This document shows, piece after piece, positions 51,101 to 60,120 of a DNA stretch of 64,000 nucleotides (position 1 is the first letter of the stretch; each line of letters begins with the position of its first letter). A program made the translations under genes and the position numbers. Under the pieces are notes generated by a model. The model was not told the DNA's origin. It did not search any database and was given only the letters and a program-made list of their open reading frames with translations. This DNA is from Mobula hypostoma (Eukaryota): positions 27,530,001 through 27,594,000 of the forward strand of contig NC_086097.1 in NCBI RefSeq assembly GCF_963921235.1, written 5' to 3'.

Positions 51101-54100
51101 GTTATGGGGATAAGGCAGGAACTGGATACTGATTGTGGATGATCAGCCATGATCACAGTGAATGGCAGTGCTGGCTCAAAGGGCCGAATGGCCTACTCCT
51201 GCACCTATTGTCTATAGTATCCACCAGGGAAAAAGACCCTGGCAATTGTGGGGATGACTTAAAGCGGACAGAAACCATTGAGCATATAGACATTAAGAAA
51301 GAGAATGTGCTGGAGCTTTTGAAAAACATTAAGTTAGATAAGTCACCGTGACCAGATGAGATGTACCCCAGGCTTCGATGGGCAGCAAGGGAGGAGATTG
51401 CTGTGCTTCTTGCGATGACTTTTGCGTCATCAATAGGGACAGGAGAGGTTCCGGAGGACTGGAGGGTTGTAAATGTTGTTTCCTTGTTTAAGATAGGGAG
51501 CAGAGATAATGCAGGACATTATAGACCAGTGAGTCTGACTTCAGTGGTGGACAAGTTGTTGGAGAAGATCCTGAGAGGCAGGATTTATGAGCATTTGGAG
51601 AGACATAATCTGATTTGGGATAGCCAGCAAGGCTTTGTCAAGGGCAGGTCGTGCCTTACAAGCCTGATTGAATTCTTTGAGGATGTAACAAAACATATTG
51701 ATGAAGGTAGAGCAGTGGATGTAGTGTTTATGGATTTCAGTAAGGCATTTGATAAGCTTCCCCATGCAAGGCTCCTTCAGAAAGTAAGGAAGTATGGGAT
51801 CCAAGGAGACCTTGCTTTGTGGATCCAGAATTGGCTTGCCCACAGAAGGCAAAGGGTAGTTGTTGATGGTTTGTACTTTGCATGGAGGTCGGTGATCAAT
51901 GGTGTTCCACGGGGATCTGTTCTGGGAACCCTTCTTTTGTGATTTTTATAAATGACCTGGATGAATAAGTCGAGGGGTGGGTTAGTAAGTTTGCTGATGA
52001 CACAAAGGTTGGAGGTTTTGTGAACAGTTTGGAGGGTTGTCAGAGGTTACAGCGGGACATTGATAGGATGTAGAACTGGGCTGAGAAGTGGCAGATGGAG
52101 TTCAACACAGATAAGTGTGAAGTGGTTCATTTTGGTAAGTCCAATTTGAAGACAGAATATAATATAAATGATAAGACTCTTGGCAGTGTGGAGGATCTGA
52201 GAGATCTTGGGCTCCATGTCAGTAGGACACTTAAAGCTGCTGTGCAGGTTGACAGCGTTGTTAAGAAGGCATATGGTGTGTTGGCATTCATCAACTGTGG
52301 GATTGAGTTCAAGAGCCGCGAGGTAATGTTACAGCTATATAAGACCTTGGTCAGACCCCACTTGTGTTCAGTTCTGGTCACCTCACTACAAGAACGATGT
52401 GGATACTATTGAGAGAGTGCTGAGGAGATTTATGAGCATGTTGCCCGGATTGGAGGGCATACCTTATGAGAATAGGTTGAGTGTACTTGGCCTTTTTCCT
52501 TGGAGCAACAGAGGATGAGAGGTGAGCTGAAAGAGGTATATAAGATGATGAGGGGCGTTGATTGTGTGTATCGCCAGAGGCTTTTTCCCAGGGCTGAAAT
52601 AGGTAACACAAGTGGGCATAGTTTTAAGGTGCTTGGAAATAGGTATCAAGGGGATGTCAGGGGTAAGTTCTTCACACAGAGTGGTGGGTGCGTGGAATGA
52701 ACTGCCAGTGGCGGTGGTGTAAGCAGATACAATAGGGTCTTTTAAAAGCCTTTTAGATAGGTACATGGAGCTTAGAAAAATAGAGTGCTATGTGCTAGGG
52801 AAATTCTAGGCAGTCCCTGGAGTAGGTTACATGGTCAGCATAACATGTAATGTGCTGTAAGTTTCTATATTCTATGTAATTCAGTTTCGGGACCATTCTC
52901 ATAAACCTCCTCTGGACCATCTCCAATGCCAGCACATCCTTTCTTAGATACTGGGCCCAAAACAGAAAAACCTACAGAAAATAGTGAATACAATCCAGTC
53001 CATACCAGAAAAAGCCCGTCCAACCACTGAGTAAGTCTACAAGGAGCGTTGCCACAAGAAAGCAGTATTCATCATCAAGGACCCCCCACAATCCAAGCCA
53101 ATCTCCCTTTGCACTGCTGCCAATGGGAAGGTGGCACGGAAGCCTTAAGTCCTACACCACCAGGTTCAGGAGCAGTTCTTGCCCATCAACCATCAGACTC
53201 TTGAACCAGCGTGGATAGCTTCATTCACCTGAACTCTGAACTGATTCCACAATCTACAGACTCACTTTTAGAGACTCTACAACTTGTGCCTTTAGTTTTT
53301 TTAAATTAATTTTATTTATTTGTTTGTTTGTTTATTTTATTTTATTCATGTGTCTATTTTTAATCATATATTTTTGTACTTGCACAGTTGGATTTCTTTT
53401 GCACATTGGTTATTTGAAGTACTTGTATGTAGTTTTTCATTGATTCTATTTAATTTCTTTATTCTGAGAATGCCTGCAAGAATTTGAATCTCAGGGTATT
53501 TTATGGTGCCTTATGGTACATACTTTGATAATAAATTTACTTTGAACTTTGAAAATTGCTCACAATTAAGGATACCTATAAAAGACACATAGACATTTAT
53601 ATGTTGATACTGACAGTTGCAATACCATTGTTCTTGCAAATCACAATGAATATGCCAAGATGTGCAATGGACCAAGAACAGAGAACACAATTTATCCCAA
53701 TTAAGAGTTAAAATCCCTTATGATTTGTCAAGAGGAAGAAAGAGTTAAGATGGATGGGCATGGACTAGGAAAATTTGGCAACATACAGTGTATTGTAAAA
53801 GTATTTAGCCCCCAGCCCTTAGTTTGCATAAATGAGTATTACAACCAGGGACTTTGATCAATTCAACTGACAATTTTTATTTGTGAATCACACGCTTCTT
53901 TTTTCACAATAGAGTCCAAAAAACAGGGAAAATTGTAAAGCATGAAAAACTAAAAATTCAAAACCTGTAATGTCAGCACTTCAAAAGTATTCATCCCTCT
54001 TTGCTCAGTACTTAGTTGAACCACTTCTCGCAGCTATTACAGCCAGTAATCTTTTTGAATAAGTCTTTATTAGCTTTACGTAATATGATGGAGCAAGGTA

Positions 54101-57100
54101 AGTCAATTCTTCTTTGCCAAATTGCCCAAGCTGTGCCAGGTTAGTTAGGGAGTGGCAGTGAACAGCAATCTTGAGGACTTGCCAGAGATGTTCAATCAGT
54201 TTGAGGTCAGGACTTTGGCTGGGCCACACAAGGACATCAATTTTCATAATTTGAAGCCACTCCATGGTTGCTCTGGCAATGTGCTTTGGGTTGCTGTCCT
54301 GCTGAAAGATGAACTTCCTCCCCAGTTTAAGCTTTCTGGCAGAGGCTAGCAGGTTTTTAATCCAGGATCTCTCTGTATTTAGCAGCATTCATCTTCCTAT
54401 CAATCCTGACCAGATTACTAGTCCCTTTGCTGAAAAGCATCCCCATAGCATGATGTTATCTCCACTATGCTTTACAGTAGGGATGCAGTTACCTTTATAG
54501 TACTGATGCGCAGTATTAGATTTAGGCCACTCGTACAGCTTGGTGTTGAGGCCAGGAAATTCCACTTTAATCTCATCCGACCACAAGACCTTCTTCCACA
54601 TCTTAATAGTATCTTCTAAGTGACACTTGGGAAAGTCTTTACAGGCAAGGATATTCTTTTACTGTTGCCAAGGGTTCTTCCTAGACATTCTTCCATAAAC
54701 ACCCTTATTTATCCAAAGCCTTAGAGATTGTGGAGCCACAAACGTCATCTCCAGTTGCAGCTCATTCAGAGTGATTTGACGTCACAGTAGCCTCCCTTTC
54801 ATATGCCATTCTTCTCCAGCAACTAGTTCAGAGGAGAGCCTGACCTATGTCGCTCAACAGTTTCATATTTTTTCCTCTTTTTCACGATGATCTGCACTGA
54901 GCAACAAAGTACAATATGTTTAGTGCCTTGTACCCTTTGTCAGACTTGTGCTTCCCTATTATCATTTCCCTGTCTTGTCTTGAATGCTCTTTTATCTACA
55001 TTTTGGTTTTGTCTTTTGAAAATCTACTATACTCTTGGACTTTACAGAGATAGTAGGTATTTATGGTGATCCTTCAATTTTCTACATCAACAAATTGGAT
55101 GAATTGGTACGGTAATACAGTATATTTTGAATCTGAGGGAAGTTAGCATATCAATTACAAAGTGGACAAATACATTTTCAGTCTCACAATTTTGGATTTT
55201 AATATTTAGTAAATTGTCGACAGGTTTTGGAACTTTATTTTATTTTTTCATGATGCACTATGTTTCGTAGTGGTGATGGCCTCTGTCGGTCGTGGTTGAC
55301 CATGGGTACATGCGCCTCTGGTAGTCACTGGTTTGTGGCCTCTCCAGGGCGCAAGCCGGGGCAGAGTTGATATGGAGATCTGTCTGTTGCCCATGCAGTG
55401 GGGTCCCCCTCTCCATGCTGATAACAGGTCCAAAGGAACGACGAAAGTTGATACAGTTTGGTGCCAACAGCATCGCAGGAGTTGCCGTGCCAGTGCTGGG
55501 TACAGCAGTCAGCTGCCTTCGGGACTCTGACTCCAGATTTTCCTCGGGGTTTACTCCCAAAGCCTTTCCCGTGAGCGGGTATAGCTGCAAGGCAGCGGTG
55601 GTTTGAAATCGGAGTTTTCCCTCTCCTAGATGAGCAACCATCCATGGTTAATGAGCCCCATCTGCGTGGAGCAACTGGTTTTAAGGTGCCAGTGGCCCAC
55701 CTTTGCCCCTTCTCCTGTCAGTGAGAACAGCTCCACTGGGCATAAGAACTATGCCACACGTGAAGGCCAAGAGTTGGGCTTGGTTGTCAGAGGCTGTTTG
55801 AGACGCACGGTAACGTTTTGTAGATTAGCTCAAAAAATCCTACTTCAGCATATTGAAATTTAGAAAATGAAACGGTAAAGTATGAAAATAGTTGTAGGAG
55901 CTGAATACCCTTTCATTACATTGTATATTATGTTGATTGTGAATAAAGATAGAAATATTAAATATTATTTTGTGATAAAATTTAGGCAGCTCTATGCTGG
56001 AGGAACTCAACAAGTCAAGCAGCATATAGAGAGGGGAACAAACAATTCACCTTTCGGGCCAAGATCTGATGTCTCAGCCTGATAAATCAATGTTTTATTC
56101 CCCTCCATAGATGCTGCCTGACCTCCTGAGTTCTTCCAGCAATTTGAGTGTGTTGCTCAAGACTTCCAGCATCTGTGGAATCTCTTGTGTTTATGGGGCC
56201 ACTCTATGACTCTAAATTAGGACCAGATGTTGGAAATACCAGTATGTAGAAGCAATAATATCTCTCTATGAAAAAAAAATGAACTAATAATCATTTTGGC
56301 AGGAGGGGAAAGGTGTTAATGAGATAATATTCAAAACAGTCAAAAGGGTGGCCCCACCACTGTCTGTAAGGACCTTCGATATTTGCCCTATGACCACATG
56401 GGTTTCTTTCATCTGCTCCGGTTTCCTTCCACATCCCAAAGATGTTTGGATAAGTTAGGGTTAGTGAGTTGTGGGCATGCATTGTTGGCACCAGAAGTGT
56501 GGCAACACTTGCAGACTGCCCCTAGCACATCTTCAGCCTTTGTTAGTTGACGCAAATGAGGCACTTCCATGTACATTTTGATGTACATGCGACAAATAAA
56601 ATAATCTTTATCTTTTAAAATAAAAGGTTGGACCTCAAGCTAGAAGAGCTAACCCTAATGAATGTATGTATAGTAAACAAGCAAAAAGCAAAGGAAACCC
56701 TACCACCCCATCTCCTTTCCCCTTCCCAGCCCTACCCTCCCCTCACCCCTCCCGTATGTGCTGTTGAGGTCCAACCGCCCCCCACACTTAGTTCAGCTGT
56801 CGGTCTGTTCTAAATACAACAGTAATGATTGCCAGATTTTTTGAAATTCCTTGAGTCTGTCCTTGATAACGTATTTTATTTTCTCTAGATGCAGAGTATC
56901 CATTAATGCAGCCAGCCATTGTCTGAGTGATGGAGTTTCCTCCTTTTTCCAGAACATCAGTATGAGTTTCTTTCCATTAAGTATGCCATAGGTCAGGAGT
57001 TGTTGCTGGGTAGCCTGGAATTTATTTGACCTTGCAGAAGTTCCAAAAATTATTAAAATGGGGTCTGGTATTATCTGAACTTTTGGTACCTTCGATAGGA

Positions 57101-60100
57101 CCTCAAATATTTGCTTCCAATATTCTTGTATCCTGGACATAAAGCATAACTATGTAACAAATTTGCCTCCGAGGACTTGCATTTCTCACACATTGGGGAC
57201 ACCTCTGGGAATATTTTATGAATCCTTACTTTTGAGTAATGTAGTCTATGTAGGATTTTAAATTGTATTAAACAATGCTTGGCATTGAAGGAACAGGAGT
57301 TGACATACTCCAAAGCCTCATTCCATATAACCTCCTCTATCTCTGTACCCAACTCCTTTTCCCACTCTTTTTTAATATTATCCATTGTTGTGTGACACTT
57401 GTTTTGTATGGCATCATACAGATAGGTGATGATGTGTTCTGTCCCTAACCATGATCTTATATTTGTTTCAATCTTGTACAGATTAGCATTTGAAAGCCTT
57501 ACAGCATCGTTCCTGCATTATGTGTCATTGCCAGACTATAAGCATATTTAGGAAGTGGGTGGAGAATTGTGCTGTGTAGTCATTGTTCAAAAGCACCATG
57601 CATTCCTTCCTTTTGGCCTAACTGTTCACAGCATTAATAACTTAAGGATCTGCTTCCTCCTCTACCCCACTGACAATGTTAGAGAGGCAGTCACGTTCTT
57701 CACTGATATTACCACTCAGTAAGACTATAAGATACAAGAGCAGAATTAGCCATTTGGCCTACTGAGTCTACTCTGCCATGAGGTTAAAGGACTATATATA
57801 TGTACAGTGCCTTTTAAAATACTTCCCCCCCACCCCGGAAGTTTTCTTGTTTTATTGTTTTACAACAGTGAATCACAGTGGATTTCATCTGACTTTTTTG
57901 ACACTGATCAACAGAAAGAGACTTTTATGTCAAAATAAAAACAGATCTCCACAAAGTGATCTAAATTAATAACAGATATAAAGCACAAAATAATTGATTG
58001 CGTAAGTATTCGCCCCCTTTAATATGACACATCAAATCATCTCTGGTGCAGTCAATTGGTTTTAGAAGTCATATAATTAGTTAAACAGAGATCACTAGTG
58101 TACAGTAAAGGTGTTTTAATTGACTGTAGTAAAAATTCACCTGTATCTGGACATCCAACTGCTAGTGAGTCAGTACCCTGGCAAAAACTACACCATGAAG
58201 AAACAAGAATTCTCCAAGCTACTTCATGAAAAGGTTATTGAAAAGCACTAGTCAGGAGATGGATACAAGAAAATCTCCAAGTCACTGAATATCCCTTGGA
58301 GTACAGTTAAGTCAATCATCAAGAAATGGAAAGAAAATGACACAGCTGTAAATCTCCATCCTCTAAGTGATATTGTAAGAAGGGGATTAGTGAGGGAGGC
58401 CACCAAGAGACCTACGACAACTCTGGAGGAGTTTCAAACTTCAGTAGCTGAGATGGGAGAGACTGCGCATACAACTGTTGCCCAAGTGCTTCACCAGTTG
58501 CAGCTTTATGGGAGAGTCCAAAGAGAAAGCCACTGTTGAAAAAACTCACACGGAATCTCGGCCAGAGTTTGCCAGAAGGCATGTGGGAGACTCTGAAGTT
58601 AGCTGGAAAAAGGTTCTCTGGTCTGATTAAACCAAAATTGAGCTTTTTCAAACAAGTCTTCTTTTGCTGCTGTTATTTTGTAGCTTGTTGTGTTCTATGT
58701 TGTTCTGCTGAGTGTTGTGGGCATGTTACATTGGTACTGGAATGTGTGGTGAAATTTGAGGGCTGCCCCCAACTCATCCTCAGGTGTGTTGGTTGTTGAC
58801 ACAACGACAAACGTCACTATATGTTTCAGTGTACATGTGCTAAATAACTTTTAATCTTGAACCTTGGATCATTGCTGATTTATTTTCCCTTTTAAACCCT
58901 ATTCTCCTGCCTTCTCCCCATCACCTTACTAATCAAGAACCTATCAACCTCTGTTTTAAATATATCCAATGACTTGATTTTCACAGTCATCTGCAGCAAT
59001 GGATTCCAAGAATCACCACCTTCTGACTAAAGAAGTTCTTCTACAACACACAAAACGCTGGTGGAACACAGCAGGCCAGGCAGCATCTATGGAAAGAAGT
59101 ACAGTCGACGTTTTGGGCCGAGACCAGCATTTTGTATGTGTTGCTTGAATTTCCAGCATCTGCAGATTTCCTCGTGTTTAAGTTCTTCCACATCTCTGTT
59201 CTAAAGGTATGCCCTTCTATTCTGAGGCTGTGCCCCTAGACTCTCCCACTATTGGAAACATCCTCTCCACAAGACGCAATATTACTTGAACCAAGAAGGC
59301 AGAAGACATTTGGTGCCTATGTGGCCAATTTACAGGTATGACAGGGCCTTCTGAAGGAACTGGTATGAGGAAGGGGGAGCAAGATTTGCAATACAAAAAT
59401 AGAAATGTTTTTGATTCTATTGAACCAGTAGCAAGTGGTATTAACAATGGCACAGAGTACGATCACTCCACTAAAAAAAATTACTTACTCAATTTAATAA
59501 TGGAGGAAAATTATAAAACAAGGTCCAAGAGGCTTGACAGAAGAGTATTCCTTAGGCCCCATATCTAAGAAAGGATGTGTCAGCATTGAAGAGGGTTCAG
59601 TGGAGGTTCATGAGAATGATCCCAGAAATGAAAGGGTTAATGTATGACGAGTTACTGGAAAGGTGGGGAGAATAAATTGGGATTATTCCCTTGGATGTTT
59701 GATGGCTGGCATAGATTTAGCATGCTAAAGTTCTTGTTTCTGTGTGGAATGACCTTTATCATGGATCAACAATGCCTACCAAAGTTGATGGTGTCTTTGC
59801 CAAAAGCATCTTGGTGCAGGTTCTCAGTGGTAATCTTCCACTGCGCTCCATAGGGAGCCTGGCTATGAAGCAAGCTGACACATAATGACCCTCTAAACCT
59901 ATCAGGAGATACCTGGAGTTCTGTGCCCCAGAATACATGCTTGGAAGACAGACACACTTGGAGTTGCCAGCAAAAATCAGGATGCTTCAGCCTGGCATAC
60001 CAAAAACAACCTCTCACCATGCAGCACATTTAGTCACTCACCATCCGCAGATTCTGTGTCGTCCTCGTTTCCACAGCTCTCAAAATCTCTCGAAACCGAG

Positions 60101-60120
60101 TAACGCCGCGTGTCAAGTTT
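51..60120 (-). CDS. TTC7B: TTC7B (tetratricopeptide repeat protein 7B, scaffold of the PI4KA-EFR3-FAM126 complex); internal part of a spliced gene, 9 coding exons in the window
   Basis: Manual splicing of nine GT-AG exons (79+173+64+138+84+105+115+58+73 = 889 nt) gives compatible phases and no stops. The peptide [53 protein letters not shown]...[24 protein letters not shown] closely matches vertebrate TTC7B as I recall it (about human exons 6-14). Confidence 0.95.
905..1380 (-). mobile_element. CR1-clade LINE, 3' fragment (decayed)
   Basis: Minus-strand peptide ...[11 protein letters not shown]...FTQRVVGVW... is typical of the CR1 ORF2 C-terminus; same 3' UTR as many other copies in the window. 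Confidence 0.8.
2106..2163 (-). CDS. TTC7B: TTC7B coding exon (58 nt, about exon 13)
   Basis: ccaaag|CA ACG TTG ... CAG AG|gtatgc; encodes (A)[18 protein letters not shown](R). Confidence 0.93.
3813..3927 (-). CDS. TTC7B: TTC7B coding exon (115 nt, about exon 12)
   Basis: cggaag|TTG GGA GAA ... ACG GAT G|gtaagg; encodes [38 protein letters not shown]. Confidence 0.92.
5760..6630 (-). mobile_element. tRNA-derived V-SINE, split by a Tc1-type MITE at 5925-6472
   Basis: V-domain-like core on the minus strand (GTTTCCTCTGGGTGCTCTGGTTTCTTTCCACATTCCAAAG) and a B-box-like GGTTCAATTCC near 6570; the 3' tail resumes left of the MITE. Confidence 0.7.
5925..6472. mobile_element. Non-autonomous Tc1/mariner-type MITE with self-complementary termini
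   Basis: TA|CAGTATTGTGCAAAAGTCTTAGGCA ... TGCCTAAGACTTTTTCACAGTATTG|CA; the ~25-bp terminal motif occurs four times; no coding capacity. Confidence 0.75.
7113..7705 (-). mobile_element. Penelope-like element, 3' end (GIY-YIG C-terminus plus pLTR)
   Basis: ORF 7533-7865 ends ...[40 protein letters not shown], homologous to the GIY-YIG ORF at 13179-13505; hammerhead-like motif at 7214-7250. Confidence 0.88.
7707..7822 (+). repeat. G/A-rich low-complexity tract
   Basis: Almost pure purine run with many G3-G6 stretches. Confidence 0.9.
8875..9125 (-). mobile_element. Penelope-like GIY-YIG fragment
   Basis: ...[24 protein letters not shown] on the minus strand. Confidence 0.8.
9265..9715 (-). 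mobile_element. Rex1/Babar-type LINE, 3' fragment
   Basis: Homologous to 24345-24975; minus-strand tail ...ATAAACCTGATTCTGAT. Confidence 0.6.
10130..10710 (+). mobile_element. CR1-clade LINE, 3' fragment (decayed)
   Basis: [17 protein letters not shown] motif, then the CR1 ORF2 C-terminus and 3' UTR. Confidence 0.8.
11889..12805 (+). mobile_element. Possible solo-LTR-like element, interrupted by a minus-strand CR1 3' fragment (12211-12603)
   Basis: Possible TG...CA ends, TATA-like GTATAAATA near 12181 and AATAAA near 12743; the CR1 insert is flanked by a TAGTTCTTT duplication; no clear TSD for the LTR itself. Confidence 0.3.
12814..13895 (+). mobile_element. Young 5'-truncated Penelope-like retroelement (linker, GIY-YIG endonuclease, pLTR)
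   Basis: GIY-YIG-type motif [30 protein letters not shown] (13179-13505); flanked by the 14-bp direct repeat CTGGACAATATTAT (12800-12813 and 13896-13909). Confidence 0.93.
13798..13833 (+). ncRNA. Minimal type I hammerhead ribozyme in the Penelope pLTR
   Basis: AGUC-CUGACGA-AGG(gucucgg)CCU-GAAA-CGUC-GACU: complete core, stems I and II, palindromic ACGU as stem III; predicted cleavage after C13829. Confidence 0.85.
14630..15420 (+). mobile_element. CR1 fragments (endonuclease and RT-linker pieces, then 5' UTR and ORF1 zinc-finger start)
   Basis: [24 protein letters not shown] (APE N-terminus) near 14640; [15 protein letters not shown]...[12 protein letters not shown] (ORF1-like) at 15280-15415. 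Confidence 0.7.
16792..19175 (-). mobile_element. Tx1/L1-clade LINE, 5'-truncated, frameshifted ORF2 (RT plus C-terminal Cys/His motif)
   Basis: Minus-strand ORF pieces [37 protein letters not shown] and [20 protein letters not shown] and an A-tail at 16792-16816; inserted within a CR1 fragment. Confidence 0.88.
19360..19464 (-). CDS. TTC7B: TTC7B coding exon (105 nt, about exon 11)
   Basis: tcgtag|TCT GCA CGG ... CAC TGG|gtaagc; encodes [35 protein letters not shown]. Confidence 0.95.
19705..20050. mobile_element. Two ancient SINE remnants in opposite orientation (resembling old shark SacSINE1/Deu-type SINE 3' halves)
   Basis: GGTCATTATCTC...GACCTTGCTGTGTGCAAATT on the plus strand, then the opposite-strand motifs CATTTCTACAGTGCCTTT...CCCAAAGCACTT...AACAGCAATGAGATAA; family assigned from memory. 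Confidence 0.4.
20692..20775 (-). CDS. TTC7B: TTC7B coding exon (84 nt, about exon 10)
   Basis: ttctag|TGC TTG GAA ... GGC AAG|gttagt; encodes [28 protein letters not shown]. Confidence 0.95.
20890..22385. mobile_element. Head-to-head pair of Rex1/Babar-type LINE 3' fragments (minus 20890-21420, plus 21440-22385) with a young CR1 3' end inserted at about 21950-22140
   Basis: Plus strand [21 protein letters not shown]; minus strand [13 protein letters not shown]; both end in ATAAACCT(G/T)ATTCTGA tails; CR1 tail (TATGTTTC)n at 22122-22139. Confidence 0.7.
24345..24975 (-). mobile_element. Rex1/Babar-type LINE, 3' fragment
   Basis: ORF 24581-24928 [24 protein letters not shown]...[38 protein letters not shown] is the characteristic RT C-terminal region. 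Confidence 0.8.
25983..26120 (-). CDS. TTC7B: TTC7B coding exon (138 nt, about exon 9)
   Basis: cgtcag|GCT AAC AGG ... TCA GAG|gtgagt; encodes [46 protein letters not shown]. Confidence 0.95.
26680..27405 (+). mobile_element. CR1-clade LINE, RT C-terminal part and 3' end
   Basis: [14 protein letters not shown]...[13 protein letters not shown]...[10 protein letters not shown]; tail (TATGTTC)n. Confidence 0.88.
31234..31297 (-). CDS. TTC7B: TTC7B coding exon (64 nt, about exon 8)
   Basis: ttccag|C ATT TTC ... TCT ATG|gtaagt; encodes [21 protein letters not shown]. Confidence 0.95.
32655..32950 (+). mobile_element. V-SINE
   Basis: tRNA-like head with GGGTTCCATTC, V-domain GGGTTTCCTCTGGGTGCTCTGGTTTCCTCCACATTCCAAAG, tail TGATGTACATATGATAAATAAAG; related copies at about 2400-2630(-), 5090-5310(-), 56350-56615(+), 60160-60510(+), 63350-63620(-). 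Confidence 0.75.
33420..35035 (+). mobile_element. CR1 ORF1 start (33420-33950) abutting the RT-to-3'-end part of a CR1 (33960-35035)
   Basis: [29 protein letters not shown] (ORF1); [17 protein letters not shown]...[10 protein letters not shown] (RT); tail (TATGGTCT)n. Confidence 0.88.
35443..35932 (-). mobile_element. Young CR1 3' fragment
   Basis: Uninterrupted 137-aa [21 protein letters not shown]...[14 protein letters not shown]. Confidence 0.92.
36630..37000 (+). mobile_element. V-SINE carrying an internal 16-bp tandem array
   Basis: V-domain at about 36715-36765; tail TGATGTACATGTGACAAACAAAGCT. Confidence 0.75.
36774..36878 (+). repeat. Minisatellite, 16-bp unit GGTATGTTGTGGACAT, about 6.5 copies
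   Basis: Units start at 36774, 36790, 36806, 36822, 36838, 36854 and 36870 (partial); no spacers. Confidence 0.92.
37645..38345 (+). mobile_element. CR1-clade LINE, 3' fragment (decayed)
   Basis: [19 protein letters not shown] and [20 protein letters not shown] motifs. Confidence 0.85.
39407..40556 (-). mobile_element. Penelope-like element, inverted arm of a head-to-head insertion
   Basis: Minus strand [57 protein letters not shown]; pLTR at 39407-39480. Confidence 0.88.
41053..41257. mobile_element. Palindromic mini-insertion made of two Penelope pLTR ends
   Basis: Arms 41052-41135 and 41136-41219 are reverse complements with one mismatch; 13-bp flanking direct repeat TATAGTTTTTACC (41040-41052 and 41258-41270). 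Confidence 0.92.
41479..42645 (-). mobile_element. Young CR1 LINE (RT to 3' end) nested in the Penelope element
   Basis: ORFs 41845-42387 and 42460-42762 ([33 protein letters not shown]); tail (AATAGAC)x3; internal deletion near 42570; TACCTC at both junctions. Confidence 0.93.
43800..44240 (+). mobile_element. CR1 3' fragment
   Basis: Same C-terminal coding and 3' UTR sequence as the copies at 10130 and 26680. Confidence 0.8.
44450..44622 (-). CDS. TTC7B: TTC7B coding exon (173 nt, about exon 7)
   Basis: ctgcag|ACA ATT GCC ... GGC GAC AG|gtaagt; encodes [57 protein letters not shown]. Confidence 0.95.
44758..44990 (+). mobile_element. Solo right-hand terminal inverted repeat of a Tc1 (IR/DR type) element
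   Basis: Reverse complement of 57805-58030; inner and outer GGGGGTG(..)AATA direct repeats; ends AGGCACTA|TA. Confidence 0.85.
45185..45700 (+). mobile_element. V-SINE containing a second tRNA-derived SINE (45366-45556)
   Basis: Inner element has A-box-like TGCCATAGTGG and B-box-like GGTTCAAGTC, flanked by ATG(C/T)TCTGTT(A/G)GC (45353-45365 and 45557-45569). Confidence 0.7.
47785..48920 (+). mobile_element. CR1 LINE, RT to 3' end
   Basis: ORF 47879-48343 [40 protein letters not shown]. Confidence 0.93.
49815..52878 (+). mobile_element. CR1 LINE with near-complete but disrupted ORF2 (APE endonuclease plus RT); a second CR1 3' end is nested at about 50925-51213
   Basis: [44 protein letters not shown] and GVPRGSVLG motifs across ORFs 49817-52412, with stops and frameshifts. 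Confidence 0.94.
52970..53552 (+). mobile_element. Rex1/Babar-type LINE, 3' fragment
   Basis: IIKDPPQ-like motif and tail GATAATAAATTTACTTTGAACTTTGA shared with many short copies in the window. Confidence 0.6.
53786..55260 (-). mobile_element. Tc1-family DNA transposon, decayed DD34E transposase
   Basis: WKKVLWSDE (54389-54601) and FQQD-x34-E with [12 protein letters not shown] (54005-54388); terminus TA|CAGTG at 53784-53790; other end incomplete. Confidence 0.9.
55265..55810 (-). mobile_element. GC-rich non-coding element resembling an RTE-clade 5' UTR-derived non-autonomous retroposon
   Basis: Higher GC and CpG than the flanks; minus-strand motifs CTAGGAGAGGGAAAACTC and GGAGTAAACCCCGAGG resemble RTE leaders; no RT coding sequence; family assigned from memory. 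Confidence 0.5.
56620..57430 (-). mobile_element. L1-clade LINE, ORF2 C-terminus and G-rich 3' UTR
   Basis: [46 protein letters not shown] (Cys/His motif), continued after a frameshift by [11 protein letters not shown]...[12 protein letters not shown]. Confidence 0.88.
57805..58650 (+). mobile_element. Tc1 (IR/DR type) transposon, left half
   Basis: TA|CAGTGCC terminus and ~220-bp TIR; ATG at 58195 gives [46 protein letters not shown]; truncated after WKKVLWSD. Confidence 0.9.
60042..60120 (-). CDS. TTC7B: TTC7B coding exon (79 nt, about exon 6)
   Basis: atacag|A AAC TTG ... CGG ATG|gtgagt; encodes [26 protein letters not shown]. Confidence 0.95.

Noticed and set aside
49817..52412. Endonuclease plus reverse transcriptase ORFs as a retron-like or defence system
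   Set aside because: Ordinary CR1 ORF2 broken by stops, frameshifts and a nested insertion.
1425..59179. Selection against active hammerheads on the TTC7B sense strand
   Set aside because: Sense-strand copies are all degenerate or partial, but so are most antisense copies. With one canonical copy in total the window cannot support the claim.
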